A model generated the notes under the pieces. It was given only the letters and a program-made list of their open reading frames with translations, ran no database searches and was not told where the DNA came from. This document shows positions 41,699-50,787 of a stretch of 64,000 bases of DNA, one piece after another. Where the stretch lies: positions 1,376,001-1,440,000 of the forward strand of contig CBDEFO010000008.1 of NCBI GenBank assembly GCA_965237525.1. The letters are read 5' to 3'. Both the position numbers and the translations under genes were made by a program. Each line of letters opens with the position of its first letter. The first letter of the stretch is position 1. The stretch comes from Candidatus Latescibacterota bacterium (lineage in GTDB: Bacteria > Latescibacterota > CBDEFO01).

Positions 41699-42892
41699 AT
41701 GTTAGACCTTGCGATAGTTAAAAGACAGATTGACCAGATGGCCAAGGAGCAGAAGGATAGCCAGAACACCTTCCTCGATAAGATGAAGACTGCCTACAAT
41801 CTGCTCATAGAGTGGTCGGCAAAGTGGCAGGAGCTGTCGGACAAGGTCGAAAGGAGTAAGACTTCATGGCTCCTTGCGGGCATCACGGGGCCTTTAAAGC
41901 AGTCGTATCCAAAGCCTGAAAGACCAAAAGAGGTTACCGTTGCGGCGACGGATGGCTCTCAGATATTCCCAGACCGACACGAGGTTTCATCCTGCTATCT
42001 GATAAACATCGGCTCCGTGATGATCCACTACGGGACAGGAGAGCGGCCACTCCTCACCTGCGATCCTTCGCTGTTCTACAGAGAGAAAGACCTCTATCAG
42101 ACATGGGGTGGCAGGAGGGCGTTTATGAACAGCGAGATTCTTGCCACAAAGAGGGGATCGCTGGAATTTAAGGCGCTGGCGGATCTTTCCGAAACCGCAG
42201 CCTCTGAGGACAGAACCGCTGTGGCTCTCTCAGACGGGACGCTGATCATGTGGACTCTTGAGGGCACGCCACCCGACTTCAAAGGACAGGCTCTCAAACC
42301 CTTTTTGGATTCCTTCGACCGTATCAAAGAGGCGGATGTCCCACTTGCCGGATACATAAGCCATCCCGGCAGCTCGGACGTGATCAACACGCTTAGAGTG
42401 GGCTTATGCCCTTTAGAGGCAGCCGACTGCGACAGGTGCCCGTGGAAAGAAGAGGTGGAAAATAGCATAATCCCCCAGCTTCCCTGTGAGCCGATTGAAG
42501 GCGTAACGGACGGTCTTCTCTTCTCCCGAGTTCTGAAAGAAGGCGAAAGGTCACCTGTCTTTGCGAGTTCCTCCAGGGTACTGGATGAATACGAAGTTCA
42601 CAGAGTCTTCTTCTTCTACGTGAACGCAGGTTGGGAGATAGCCAGAGTCGAGGTACCTGGTTGGGTAGCCAAGGATGAGAGACTCTTGGAGCTTGTCCAC
42701 TCTGTCATCTGCGATCAAGCCCAAAAGGGATCGGGCTATCCGATAGTGCTCTCGGAAGCTCACGAAAAAGCAGTGGTCAGAGGAAAAGACAGAGATATTT
42801 TCTACCAATTCTTAAGAGACGTTTTGGTCAAAAACGACATTAAGACCGCCATTTCATCGAAGAGCCTGAAAAAGCTGGGACCGACAGTATAG
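41699..42892 (+). CDS. nurA: NurA-family 5'-3' nuclease
   Basis: ATDGSQI, SDGTL, EIARVEVP, GYPIVLSEAHEKA. Confidence 0.92.
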   Translation: MLDLAIVKRQIDQMAKEQKDSQNTFLDKMKTAYNLLIEWSAKWQELSDKVERSKTSWLLAGITGPLKQSYPKPERPKEVTVAATDGSQIFPDRHEVSSCYLINIGSVMIHYGTGERPLLTCDPSLFYREKDLYQTWGGRRAFMNSEILATKRGSLEFKALADLSETAASEDRTAVALSDGTLIMWTLEGTPPDFKGQALKPFLDSFDRIKEADVPLAGYISHPGSSDVINTLRVGLCPLEAADCDRCPWKEEVENSIIPQLPCEPIEGVTDGLLFSRVLKEGERSPVFASSSRVLDEYEVHRVFFFYVNAGWEIARVEVPGWVAKDERLLELVHSVICDQAQKGSGYPIVLSEAHEKAVVRGKDRDIFYQFLRDVLVKNDIKTAISSKSLKKLGPTV

Positions 42893-43010
42893 ACAAGTAG
42901 GTCAGACATTCCTGTCTGACATTGGGAGTGAGATGCCCTGTCTACTGAACAGACAAGAATGTCTGTTCTACCGACGACTGTTTACTATATTTTGAAGGGG
43001 CGAAGCACTT

Positions 43011-43589
43011 ATGGAAGAAGAGTACATCGGGGAGATCATCGAAAGCAGCACGGTTCACTTTACGGCTGAGACGCGTGAATTGCACAAGTCTCCTCCTTTT
43101 GGGGCATTTGTGAAGACGGACTCGAAGCCCACTATATTCGGGATCGTCTCCAACACCTCCACTCACTCGATAGAGCCGAACAGGAGGCCCACAGCCTACG
43201 GCAAGAGCGAAGAAGAACTCAGGATGGAACAGCCTCAGATATTCGAGCTTCTAAAGACGGAGTTTGAGTCCATCATTGTGGGCTATCACAACGACGTAGA
43301 ACCCAAGCAGTATCTCCCTCCTCAACCGCCACGCATCCATAATTTCGTCCATTACTGCTCCCCAGGAGAGGTCAGGGAGTTCACTTCAAACTGGGACTTT
43401 TTGAGGACTATTCTGAACGCCTCTAAGAACACGCCCACAGACGAACTCATAATCGCCGTAGTCAAGAACGCCCTCGCGGCGCACAGAGGTGAGTCCGAAT
43501 ACTTGGTCAGGACGGGTAAGGAACTCTCACGGCTCATAAGGGACGACTACCACCGCTTAAGTTCGATAATCAGGAGGATACAGGATTGA
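43011..43589 (+). CDS. Stand-alone HAS-barrel protein
   Basis: IGEIIES, PPFGAFV, LPPQPPRIH; lies between nurA and herA. Confidence 0.8.
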   Translation: MEEEYIGEIIESSTVHFTAETRELHKSPPFGAFVKTDSKPTIFGIVSNTSTHSIEPNRRPTAYGKSEEELRMEQPQIFELLKTEFESIIVGYHNDVEPKQYLPPQPPRIHNFVHYCSPGEVREFTSNWDFLRTILNASKNTPTDELIIAVVKNALAAHRGESEYLVRTGKELSRLIRDDYHRLSSIIRRIQD

Positions 43590-45241
43590 GAAGACGCTAC
43601 AGCAGCATAGGCATTATCACGAAAGGCTCTCTCGTTGAAGGACTGGAGATGAAGTTGGACCAGAAGAACCTGAACGTGGAGGAGATTAAGGCGGGGAAAT
43701 TCGTGGTCATCGAGGGACAGCAGAACGACTTTTTCTCCATGATCACAGATGTGCGGCTGGATGCGACAAATCCTGATATATTGGTAAACCCTCCCGATCG
43801 GAGCGATGGACTGATGCAGAAGGTGCTGGACGGTACGAGCACGTACGTAGTTGTTTCTCTCCGCCCTATGCTTATGATGGGCAGAGATGAGCAAGAGAAT
43901 GAAGAAGGAGATACAGACCCACGACCCGTCAAGACCATACCCGGCCACTTTTCGATGGTTCAGGAAGCCGAGGAGGAGGACGTAAGCCGCATCTTCGGGA
44001 ACGAATCCGCCTCGAAAAAGTATTTCAGCGTGGGCAAACCTCTGGATATGGAGACTCCCGTATGCCTGAACTTGAACCGCTTCGTGGAAAGGAGCAACGG
44101 GATCTTCGGAAAGACCGGAACGGGAAAGACGTTTTTGACCAGGCTTGTGCTTTCAGGTCTTATTAAGCGCGACACGGCCGTAAACTTCATCTTCGACATG
44201 CACAACGAGTACGGCTGGAAGGCGATCGCCGAGTCGGGTATCGGGAAAGGGGCTTTTGTCAAGGGCTTAAAACAACTGTTCGGAAGTAAGATGGCGATAT
44301 TCTCCCTGGATCCGAAATCTACCAGGGATAGAGGGGTTCAGCCCGATCACGAAGTCTATATCAGCTACGATCAGATTACGGTAGAGGACATAGCTCCGCT
44401 TCAGGAGGAGCTAAAGCTGAATCCCACTGCAGTAGAATCGGCTTATCTTGTCTACGCTATATACAAGGAGAAATGGCTCAGGACACTTTTGGATCAGGAG
44501 GGGAAGGGGGTCGAGGAGTTCGCTGAGGAGATAGGCGCGCATCCGGGTTCTCTGGTGGCTCTGCACAGGAAGCTCAAGAGGATTGAGAACTTCCCCTTTA
44601 TGGTCAGCAGGACTCAAGGCCAGGATGTGATAGACAAGATAATGGACTATATTAATAGGGGCGTTCACATAGTTCTGGAGTTCGGTCAGCAGACGAGCAT
44701 ACTCTGCTACCTTTTGGTATCCAACATCATCACAAGGAGGATACACGAGCTCTACGTAAAAAAGAGCGAGAAGTTCTACTCCACACAGAACGTTGAGGAT
44801 GAGCCCAAACAGTTGGTCATAACGATAGAAGAGGCGCATAAGTTCCTGAACCCCGTGGCGGCAAAGCAGACGATCTTCGGAACTATTGCAAGGGAGATGA
44901 GGAAATACTATGTCTCCCTTCTGATTGTGGATCAGCGGCCCTCAGGGATAGACGAAGAGGTGCTGTCTCAGATTGGCACTAAGATAACGGCCCTTCTGAA
45001 CGATGAGAAGGATATACAGGCTGTCTTAACGGGAGTCAGCAACGCTTCGGGCTTAAGGAGCGTGCTTGCCAGCCTCGATTCCAAACAGCAGGCCTTGGTG
45101 ATAGGGCACGCTGTCCCTATGCCCGTGGTCATAAGGACCAGAGACTACGACGAGAAGTTCTACAAGGACATGGGCGAGGTAGACGCTAAGGCAAAGAGAA
45201 AAAAGGTAGAAAAGGAGACAGTGGATCTCTTCGGAGAATAG
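43586..45241 (+). CDS. herA: HerA/FtsK-family ATPase with N-terminal HAS barrel
   Basis: Walker A GKTGTGKT, Walker B ITIEEAH, REMRK, VDQRP. Confidence 0.92.
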   Translation: MRRRYSSIGIITKGSLVEGLEMKLDQKNLNVEEIKAGKFVVIEGQQNDFFSMITDVRLDATNPDILVNPPDRSDGLMQKVLDGTSTYVVVSLRPMLMMGRDEQENEEGDTDPRPVKTIPGHFSMVQEAEEEDVSRIFGNESASKKYFSVGKPLDMETPVCLNLNRFVERSNGIFGKTGTGKTFLTRLVLSGLIKRDTAVNFIFDMHNEYGWKAIAESGIGKGAFVKGLKQLFGSKMAIFSLDPKSTRDRGVQPDHEVYISYDQITVEDIAPLQEELKLNPTAVESAYLVYAIYKEKWLRTLLDQEGKGVEEFAEEIGAHPGSLVALHRKLKRIENFPFMVSRTQGQDVIDKIMDYINRGVHIVLEFGQQTSILCYLLVSNIITRRIHELYVKKSEKFYSTQNVEDEPKQLVITIEEAHKFLNPVAAKQTIFGTIAREMRKYYVSLLIVDQRPSGIDEEVLSQIGTKITALLNDEKDIQAVLTGVSNASGLRSVLASLDSKQQALVIGHAVPMPVVIRTRDYDEKFYKDMGEVDAKAKRKKVEKETVDLFGE

Positions 45242-45398
45242 AATAATCCGCCTTGACTGCTTGAATATTGAAGATCTAGACCTGCAAGATTTTGCTTAGA
45301 TCTACAAGACGTTAGAGACCGTGACCTCCAAAGAGTTAGAGATCAAGGGGATATAATGGACTGAAATGCATAATATATGCACATTGTGAACGTTTTGC

Positions 45399-45480
45399 AG
45401 GACGATAGGACGATAAGGACGATTTGTAGCAAACTTTTCTATATTAAAAAAGTTCCATGTAAAACGTCCTTATCGTCCTA
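45399..45480. repeat. AGGACGATA direct repeats plus a 16-bp perfect inverted repeat around an AT-rich core
   Basis: TAGGACGATAAGGACG (45406-45421) / CGTCCTTATCGTCCTA (45465-45480); inner AACTTTT..AAAAGTT. Confidence 0.8.
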
Positions 45481-45499
45481 ATGGAAGTTTGACTAGAGT

Positions 45500-45800
45500 T
45501 CAGCTCAGAACCAGATACTCCAGCCAGCCGTTGTCCTTGTCCGTGAACGCCTGATTGTAGGGCTTCCGCGGCAAGCAAGTCACAGACCCCTCCCTGACAT
45601 GATATTTTCTATCTCCGATTAAGACCTCCCCTTCTCCGCTGAGTATGAAGCAGAACTGCTCGTTGTTTTCGTAATTGCGATAGTCAGAGGTCATCCTCCC
45701 CTGAAGGTCGTGCTCGAGAGGTACCGGACATCTTCTCTGTGCGCGGTTTGCGTTTCCTCCTACTTATCCTTCCTTACGGAAATCAGGTATTTCTGCAACG
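45500..45800 (-). pseudogene. Degraded cupin-domain gene
   Basis: EQFCFILSGEGEVLIGDRKYHV..GS...LP; metal-binding His lost; upstream part broken. Confidence 0.55.
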
Positions 45801-45977
45801 CATGCTGTATTGTCCGTTTATGTCCTTTGTATGGTCACCCGGGTGGAAAGGAGCATCTCGTCATCGGTCGGTTCACACGCTTCGCCCTTAAAGAATAATC
45901 TCAGAGTGCGGCACTCGGCTGGTCGTGATGTCTGCTCCTTCAAGGAGAAGGAAGGAGAGATGAGGAGAAAATTATCC

Positions 45978-46006
45978 TTGACCAGCCCAGCGATTCGTTA
46001 TATACT
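45978..46006 (+). promoter_or_regulatory. sigma70-type promoter
   Basis: TTGACC-N17-TATACT. Confidence 0.65.
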
Positions 46007-46086
46007 GTAATATCATTCGATGGACAATATGCAGTGATCTTTAACACACAAGCCGAGCGAGACAAGTAGTCTGGAGGCACGGCAAA

Positions 46087-46953
46087 ATGACATTTGGAGA
46101 AGGTAAATACACCTACCAGGTCCAGGAGGGCTGGGGTAAACTGCCGGAAGGCTGGATGTGGGGCTGGATTCCGGCGGTCGCGTGCGATTCACAAGACCGC
46201 GTCTATGTCTATTCGCGCAGTGAGCATCCGCTGGTCATCTTCGACCGCGACGGCAACTTTGTGGATTCGTGGGGCGAAGACATCGTCACGGACGCGCACG
46301 GTATCTACATAGATGGCGACGATAACGTCTATTGTACCGAGTGGAGTCGCCATTGCATCCGCAAGTTCAACGCAAACGGAGAACTGGTGATGACGTTGGG
46401 TACGCCCGATCAGCCTGCCCAGAAGGACGGTGACCCGTTCAACAAGCCGACAGATCTGGCCATCGCATCAACGGGCGAGCTCTTCGTCTCGGACGGCTAC
46501 GAAAACGCGCGCGTTCACAGGTTTTCGCCCGAAGGAGAGCTGCTGATGTCGTGGGGAGAATGGGGCAGCGGCCCGGGTCAGTTTGAGGTCTCCCACTGCG
46601 TTCGGGTAGACAGACACGAACGCGTCTGGGTCTGTGACCGTGAGAACAGCCGCATCCAGATCTTTGACGCCGAAGGTCGCTTCATGGCAGAGTGGACGGG
46701 CTTGTTGCGACCCGATACGATCTATTTCGACCCTGATGACGATGTCATTTACATCGCTGAGTTGCAGCATCAAGTCAGCATCTGGTCACTCGACGGCAAA
46801 CTGCTTACTAAGTGGGGCGGTGCAGAGAAAAGCGATAAGCCCGGTGAGTTTCTCGCCTTTCCACACGGCATCTGGGTAGATGCGTACGGCGATCTCTACG
46901 TGGGCGAGGTTCAGGCGAACGGACGCCTTCAGAAATTCGTCCGACAGATGTAA
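46087..46953 (+). CDS. NHL-repeat beta-propeller (peptidyl-alpha-hydroxyglycine lyase-like)
   Basis: FNKPTDLA, VSDGY.N.RV, VCDREN.RIQ, PHGIWVD. Confidence 0.9.
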   Translation: MTFGEGKYTYQVQEGWGKLPEGWMWGWIPAVACDSQDRVYVYSRSEHPLVIFDRDGNFVDSWGEDIVTDAHGIYIDGDDNVYCTEWSRHCIRKFNANGELVMTLGTPDQPAQKDGDPFNKPTDLAIASTGELFVSDGYENARVHRFSPEGELLMSWGEWGSGPGQFEVSHCVRVDRHERVWVCDRENSRIQIFDAEGRFMAEWTGLLRPDTIYFDPDDDVIYIAELQHQVSIWSLDGKLLTKWGGAEKSDKPGEFLAFPHGIWVDAYGDLYVGEVQANGRLQKFVRQM

Positions 46954-46983
46954 TGAAGATAAAATGCGCGTCATATCCATCAA

Positions 46984-47190
46984 ATCCCTGGAGATAGAGG
47001 ATGCCTATCCCTGGAGATAGAGGATGCCTATCCCTGGAGATAGAGGATGCCTATCCCTGGAGATAGAGGATGCCTATCCCTGGAGATAGAGGATGCCTAT
47101 CCCTGGAGATAGAGGATGCCTATCCCTGGAGATAGAGGATGCCTATCCCTGGAGATAGAGGATGCCTATCCCTGGAGATAGAGGATGCCT
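46984..47190. repeat. Perfect tandem repeat, 9 x 23 bp
   Basis: Unit ATCCCTGGAGATAGAGGATGCCT, no spacers. Confidence 0.98.
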
Positions 47191-47346
47191 ATGTGATCGT
47201 TCACGTGCACTCTAAGGAGGGCTTTGTATCTTGCCCCCTTATTGATCCTCGATAGATTCTAATCGGGGACCGATGAGTACGAGTGTTACGGGCTAAATGG
47301 TGTGGACTGTGACAGAATAGGAAAATCTACCAAAGAGAGAGAAAAT

Positions 47347-47688
47347 ATGGCCAAGACACCCGAAGATGAGGCTTCAGCAAAATCACCTGAAGAGGATGCT
47401 TCAGCAAAATCACCTGAAGAGGATGCTTCAGCAAAATCACCTGAAGAGGATGCTTCAGCAAAATCACCTGAAGAGGATGCTTCAGCAAAATCACCTGAAG
47501 AGGATGCTTCAGCAAAGCGACTGAAGATACAATTGCAGAACAGGTCACAACTCCTGGAACAGTTGATAAACCTTTTCCAGAATAAGCCTGCAGAAGCCAC
47601 ACAAATTATAAGGACGTGGCTGGTGGAGGGAGATAAACAGAAGGGGAAGAAGTCGAACTTGGCTCGAGACAAGAAAAGGGGGTCCTGA
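47347..47688 (+). CDS. Small protein: (SAKSPEEDA)x5 plus FliF C-terminus-like helices
   Basis: In-frame 27-bp repeats; LINLFQNKPAEATQIIRTWL. Confidence 0.65.
   Translation: MAKTPEDEASAKSPEEDASAKSPEEDASAKSPEEDASAKSPEEDASAKSPEEDASAKRLKIQLQNRSQLLEQLINLFQNKPAEATQIIRTWLVEGDKQKGKKSNLARDKKRGS
47371..47516 (+). repeat. Coding tandem repeat, 5.4 x 27 bp
   Basis: Unit GCTTCAGCAAAATCACCTGAAGAGGAT. Confidence 0.97.
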
Positions 47689-47702
47689 AGATTGGCATTT
47701 CG

Positions 47703-47934
47703 TCAGTTGAATAGGAGCGTCCAACATTGCGTCGGAACTCTGCGACAAACACGGTAATTTTCTCTTCATGGCTGCACAGGTTATCTACAAACTCCTCCAG
47801 ATATTGAACTTCAGCCCGTTACCCTGTCGGTTTTTCAGGTGATAACAGATTTTCCACTGTAAGATAACCTGATCTTCGAAAAACTCTCTGTGTTGCGACG
47901 TAATGTTCTGCGTCTCTGATTTTTCCGCTGCCAC
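47703..47934 (-). pseudogene. Frameshifted remnant of a phytanoyl-CoA dioxygenase-family gene
   Basis: ITSQHREFFEDQ|GYLTVENLLSPE across a one-base shift. Confidence 0.5.
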
Positions 47935-48029
47935 GATTTACTTCCTATCAGCATTCCCCTCCTTCTACGTTTACCAGGTCAAACAGGAACGTAATCTTCA
48001 GGTGACTTGTCAGGCAATCTACAATCAAC

Positions 48030-48062
48030 AAAAAGGGGTTACGCAAATGTGCATAACCCTTC
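48030..48062 (-). terminator. Terminator-like hairpin 3' of the tRNA
   Basis: Minus strand AAGGGTTATGCACATTTGCGTAACCCCTTTTT. Confidence 0.6.
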
Positions 48063-48072
48063 TGAACATCTG

Positions 48073-48157
48073 TGGTGCCGAAGGCCGGACTCGAACCGGC
48101 ACGGGTTTCCCCACTGCCCCCTCAAGACAGCGTGTCTACCAGTTCCACCACTTCGGC
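48073..48157 (-). tRNA. tRNA-Leu(GAG)
   Basis: GCCGAAGTGGTGGAACTGGTAGACACGCTGTCTTGAGGGGGCAG...GGTTCGAGTCCGGCCTTCGGCACCA; long variable arm; encoded CCA. Confidence 0.97.
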
Positions 48158-48221
48158 ACTGTTTATGAACGACTAACAGATTCGAAATCTATCCAAGCGT
48201 CTTGTCCTCCGCAGAATGAAC

Positions 48222-48646
48222 TCAGGGCACAGTCCGATTCCCGCCGACAGTCCCCCTTGTAATCGTAATGTCCGTTTGAGTTCCAGAGACAGCATCGAAC
48301 GTCACGGTCACATAGGCAACGTTCCCGTCGGAGTCCTGCTCCTTCCCCTCCCCTATGATTGTAAGGTCGTCTCCGCTCCCACCCAGGTTGTAGAATCCGA
48401 TGTCGTTTTCACCGCTGGTATTTAACTCAGTCAGAGTCAGCCCGTTAAATGATCTTCCTCCTCCGCCCATACTGGTGGGCTTACGATACCAGTGATGCGC
48501 TACCTCCATAATGCGCCGGCACTCAAAGACCACCGCGTTTTGGTTTGCGCTGACAGCCGTTTCTCCAAATTGACTGATGCCCACGGCTACAGAATTCCCA
48601 CGATAATCACAGACAGGACGATCATCAGAATCTGAGTCTGCCCCAT
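48222..48646 (-). pseudogene. Pilin-like protein (MGQxQ class III-type signal), frameshifted near 48592
   Basis: MGQTQILMIVLSVIIVGI then, after one missing base, VAVGISQF...ANQNAV...WYRKPTSMGGGG. Confidence 0.75.
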
Positions 48647-48987
48647 ATGTAGCTCCCCTTTTGGCTAAACAGAGGTGATCCACATCTACTTTGGCCCTGT
48701 GCATCCTATAATATACATAAACAAATTCCCAAAAGAAACAAAAAAACCTTAAATTCATTTTCTTGATCGGCTATTTTATCCTAGTCTATATATAGAACCA
48801 CAGTACGGGATTCAAGAAATTCTTGCTTCCTTTAGAGGTTACTCTGCCCAATGGTACGAAACATTGCCGGGACCGTTCGTTTTCTAATGCGCCATGTAAT
48901 TGAAATTGGAACATACTTTTCATGCTTTGCGCTTAAATAGTCTCTACCCTGAATAAGAGGGGTTCAACAGCAAAAGGACATCTGTGT

Positions 48988-49420
48988 GATAATAGAATAC
49001 CACAAGGGCCACAGGAATTCCTTCAAACACATCGCTGCAATATGCTTTGATGCCGTCCACAGATCAAAGCATAGAGAAGATATCCGGAGTGATGTCGGGA
49101 AATAGTTAGCAGTGGAGAAAAGGAGGCACATAAAGGACGAGATAAAGGCAAACGCCCACGGGATATTTGCGGAGCTGCAACGGGCAAAGCACTCCCTACA
49201 TTACTTCAGTTCTGGGAAAAGAAAAAAAGATAGCGAGGATTCCTTACATGTCTGTTCTTCCAGAATATCAAAGGCGGGGTGTCGGAAGGGCTTTAGTAGA
49301 AAAGACACTGAAGTAATCTAAAGAGGAAGGAATCGAGTATGACAAGATAGATGCTTTAGGGGAAAATAAAATAGGGAGTCAGTTCTCCTCTGATCCGGGA
49401 CTTAAGGATAGATTTACTAC
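48988..49420 (+). pseudogene. Heavily degraded GNAT acetyltransferase
   Basis: SVLPEYQRRGVGRALVEK (motif A) amid stops and frameshifts. Confidence 0.65.
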
Positions 49421-49449
49421 GCTATGCGTTTGGAGTGAAATCGTTATGG

Positions 49450-49926
49450 TTATTTCTTTGTATTCTCCTCCTTCAGCTTAAAAGAAGGGATGTCGGATGC
49501 TGGAGCGCTTTCTCTCTTCAGCCTGCGGGTCAAAACGTCCTTTTCTTCCTCCCTTTGAGAGATCTTTACGTCCTCACCTGAGTCGCAATTGCCTTTAAAG
49601 ACGGCTCCCTCTTCGACTACGAGGAGTTTGGTTTTGATGTTGCCCATGACAACGGACTTGGACTCGAGACGTATTCTATTGGCGACCTCCACGTTACCAA
49701 CGACTCTCCCTCCGATGACGGCGTTTTGCACTTTGACATCAGCTTCAATCTGTCCTGATGGTCCCAGAACCAGCGTGCCTGATGACTCTAATTCACCATG
49801 TAGGATCCCATCTATCCTTATACTGCTTTCTATGTTGAACGTCCCGTCTATCGTGGATCCCTTTCCCACTATGGTGTTCATAGTTCCCTGGTCAAATCCG
49901 TCTTGTTTGTTTTTATCCCTTGCCAT
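49450..49926 (-). CDS. Bactofilin (polymer-forming cytoskeletal protein)
   Basis: TIVGKGSTIDG...IRIDG...VEEGAVFKGNC. Confidence 0.93.
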   Translation of the reverse strand: MARDKNKQDGFDQGTMNTIVGKGSTIDGTFNIESSIRIDGILHGELESSGTLVLGPSGQIEADVKVQNAVIGGRVVGNVEVANRIRLESKSVVMGNIKTKLLVVEEGAVFKGNCDSGEDVKISQREEEKDVLTRRLKRESAPASDIPSFKLKEENTKK

Positions 49927-49944
49927 AAATGGTTTCCTCAAAGT

Positions 49945-50754
49945 CTAATACTTCAAAAAATAGTTCTGAGGGTCTCGGGGTTCTCCGTGTTCAGGTTTGC
50001 CCTCCCATATCTCGTAGTAGAGATACGGTTCCACTTTTCCGTTATTTCCTGAAAGGAGAGCTATCGCCTGTCCTTTTATGACCCTTTCTCCTTTCTGGAC
50101 GAGTATATTCAGGTTGTGCCCGTATCTGGTGTAGCATTGACTGTTATGGTCTATTTCTATAAGGCTGCCCCAGCCGTCTTTCCAGTCGGCAAAGGTGACC
50201 GTTCCATCTGCTGGGGCTTTGACTATAGAGCCATAAGTAGATGCTATCTTTACACCTGTATGTTCCCTCTTGACAGGAACCTCTGTTATTTCAAATGGTT
50301 CGACGATCCAGCCATCCACAGGCTGTAGAGTGGGCCTCCACCTAATACTGTTCCATTCACCGCGCTTTGCCCCCTTTGCGTCTTTGGAGTTCAAAAATGG
50401 CGACAAATATGAGCTTCCTGCGTACGAAAGTCCTCTTAGCTCCTCCCCCTGCCGTTCGCTCCAGAGCGTCAAAAGTTGCCTGTTTATCCGTTTAATTCTC
50501 TCGAGGGTAGCAGTCAGTCGGGCTATCTTGCGGGCTTCGACTTCCAATTCTAAGTTTCTATTTTCTAACGCATCAGCCCGTAGAGCCCTCCGAGCCACGC
50601 TCCAGTAAGAGGCCGCTCCGACAACTATGAGGATTACAAGGACAGCAAGACCATATTTTATCAGCCGGAGTTGAAACAGGCTAGCCGTGAATTTGAAAGT
50701 CCCAGATCCATCGTTTGGAACGACGATTACAGTATATGATTTTCCCTTAGCCAC
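49945..50754 (-). CDS. M23/LytM-domain membrane protein, catalytically degenerate
   Basis: TM + coiled coil + LytM; HxxxD reads HTGVK and HxH reads YLY. Confidence 0.88.
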   Translation of the reverse strand: MAKGKSYTVIVVPNDGSGTFKFTASLFQLRLIKYGLAVLVILIVVGAASYWSVARRALRADALENRNLELEVEARKIARLTATLERIKRINRQLLTLWSERQGEELRGLSYAGSSYLSPFLNSKDAKGAKRGEWNSIRWRPTLQPVDGWIVEPFEITEVPVKREHTGVKIASTYGSIVKAPADGTVTFADWKDGWGSLIEIDHNSQCYTRYGHNLNILVQKGERVIKGQAIALLSGNNGKVEPYLYYEIWEGKPEHGEPRDPQNYFLKY

Positions 50755-50787
50755 GTCTTGCTCACCCCAAAGAAAGTAGACAGTAGG

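Noticed and set aside
46984..47190. CRISPR array
   Set aside because: Units are contiguous and identical with no spacers; no cas genes in the window
47286..47672. Minus-strand repeat ORF (FAEASSSGD)n
   Set aside because: Open only because the 27-bp unit lacks stops; the plus-strand frame has the plausible domain
48222..48758. 178-aa ORF as called
   Set aside because: The N-terminus is spurious; the real start is ATG 48646 in another frame
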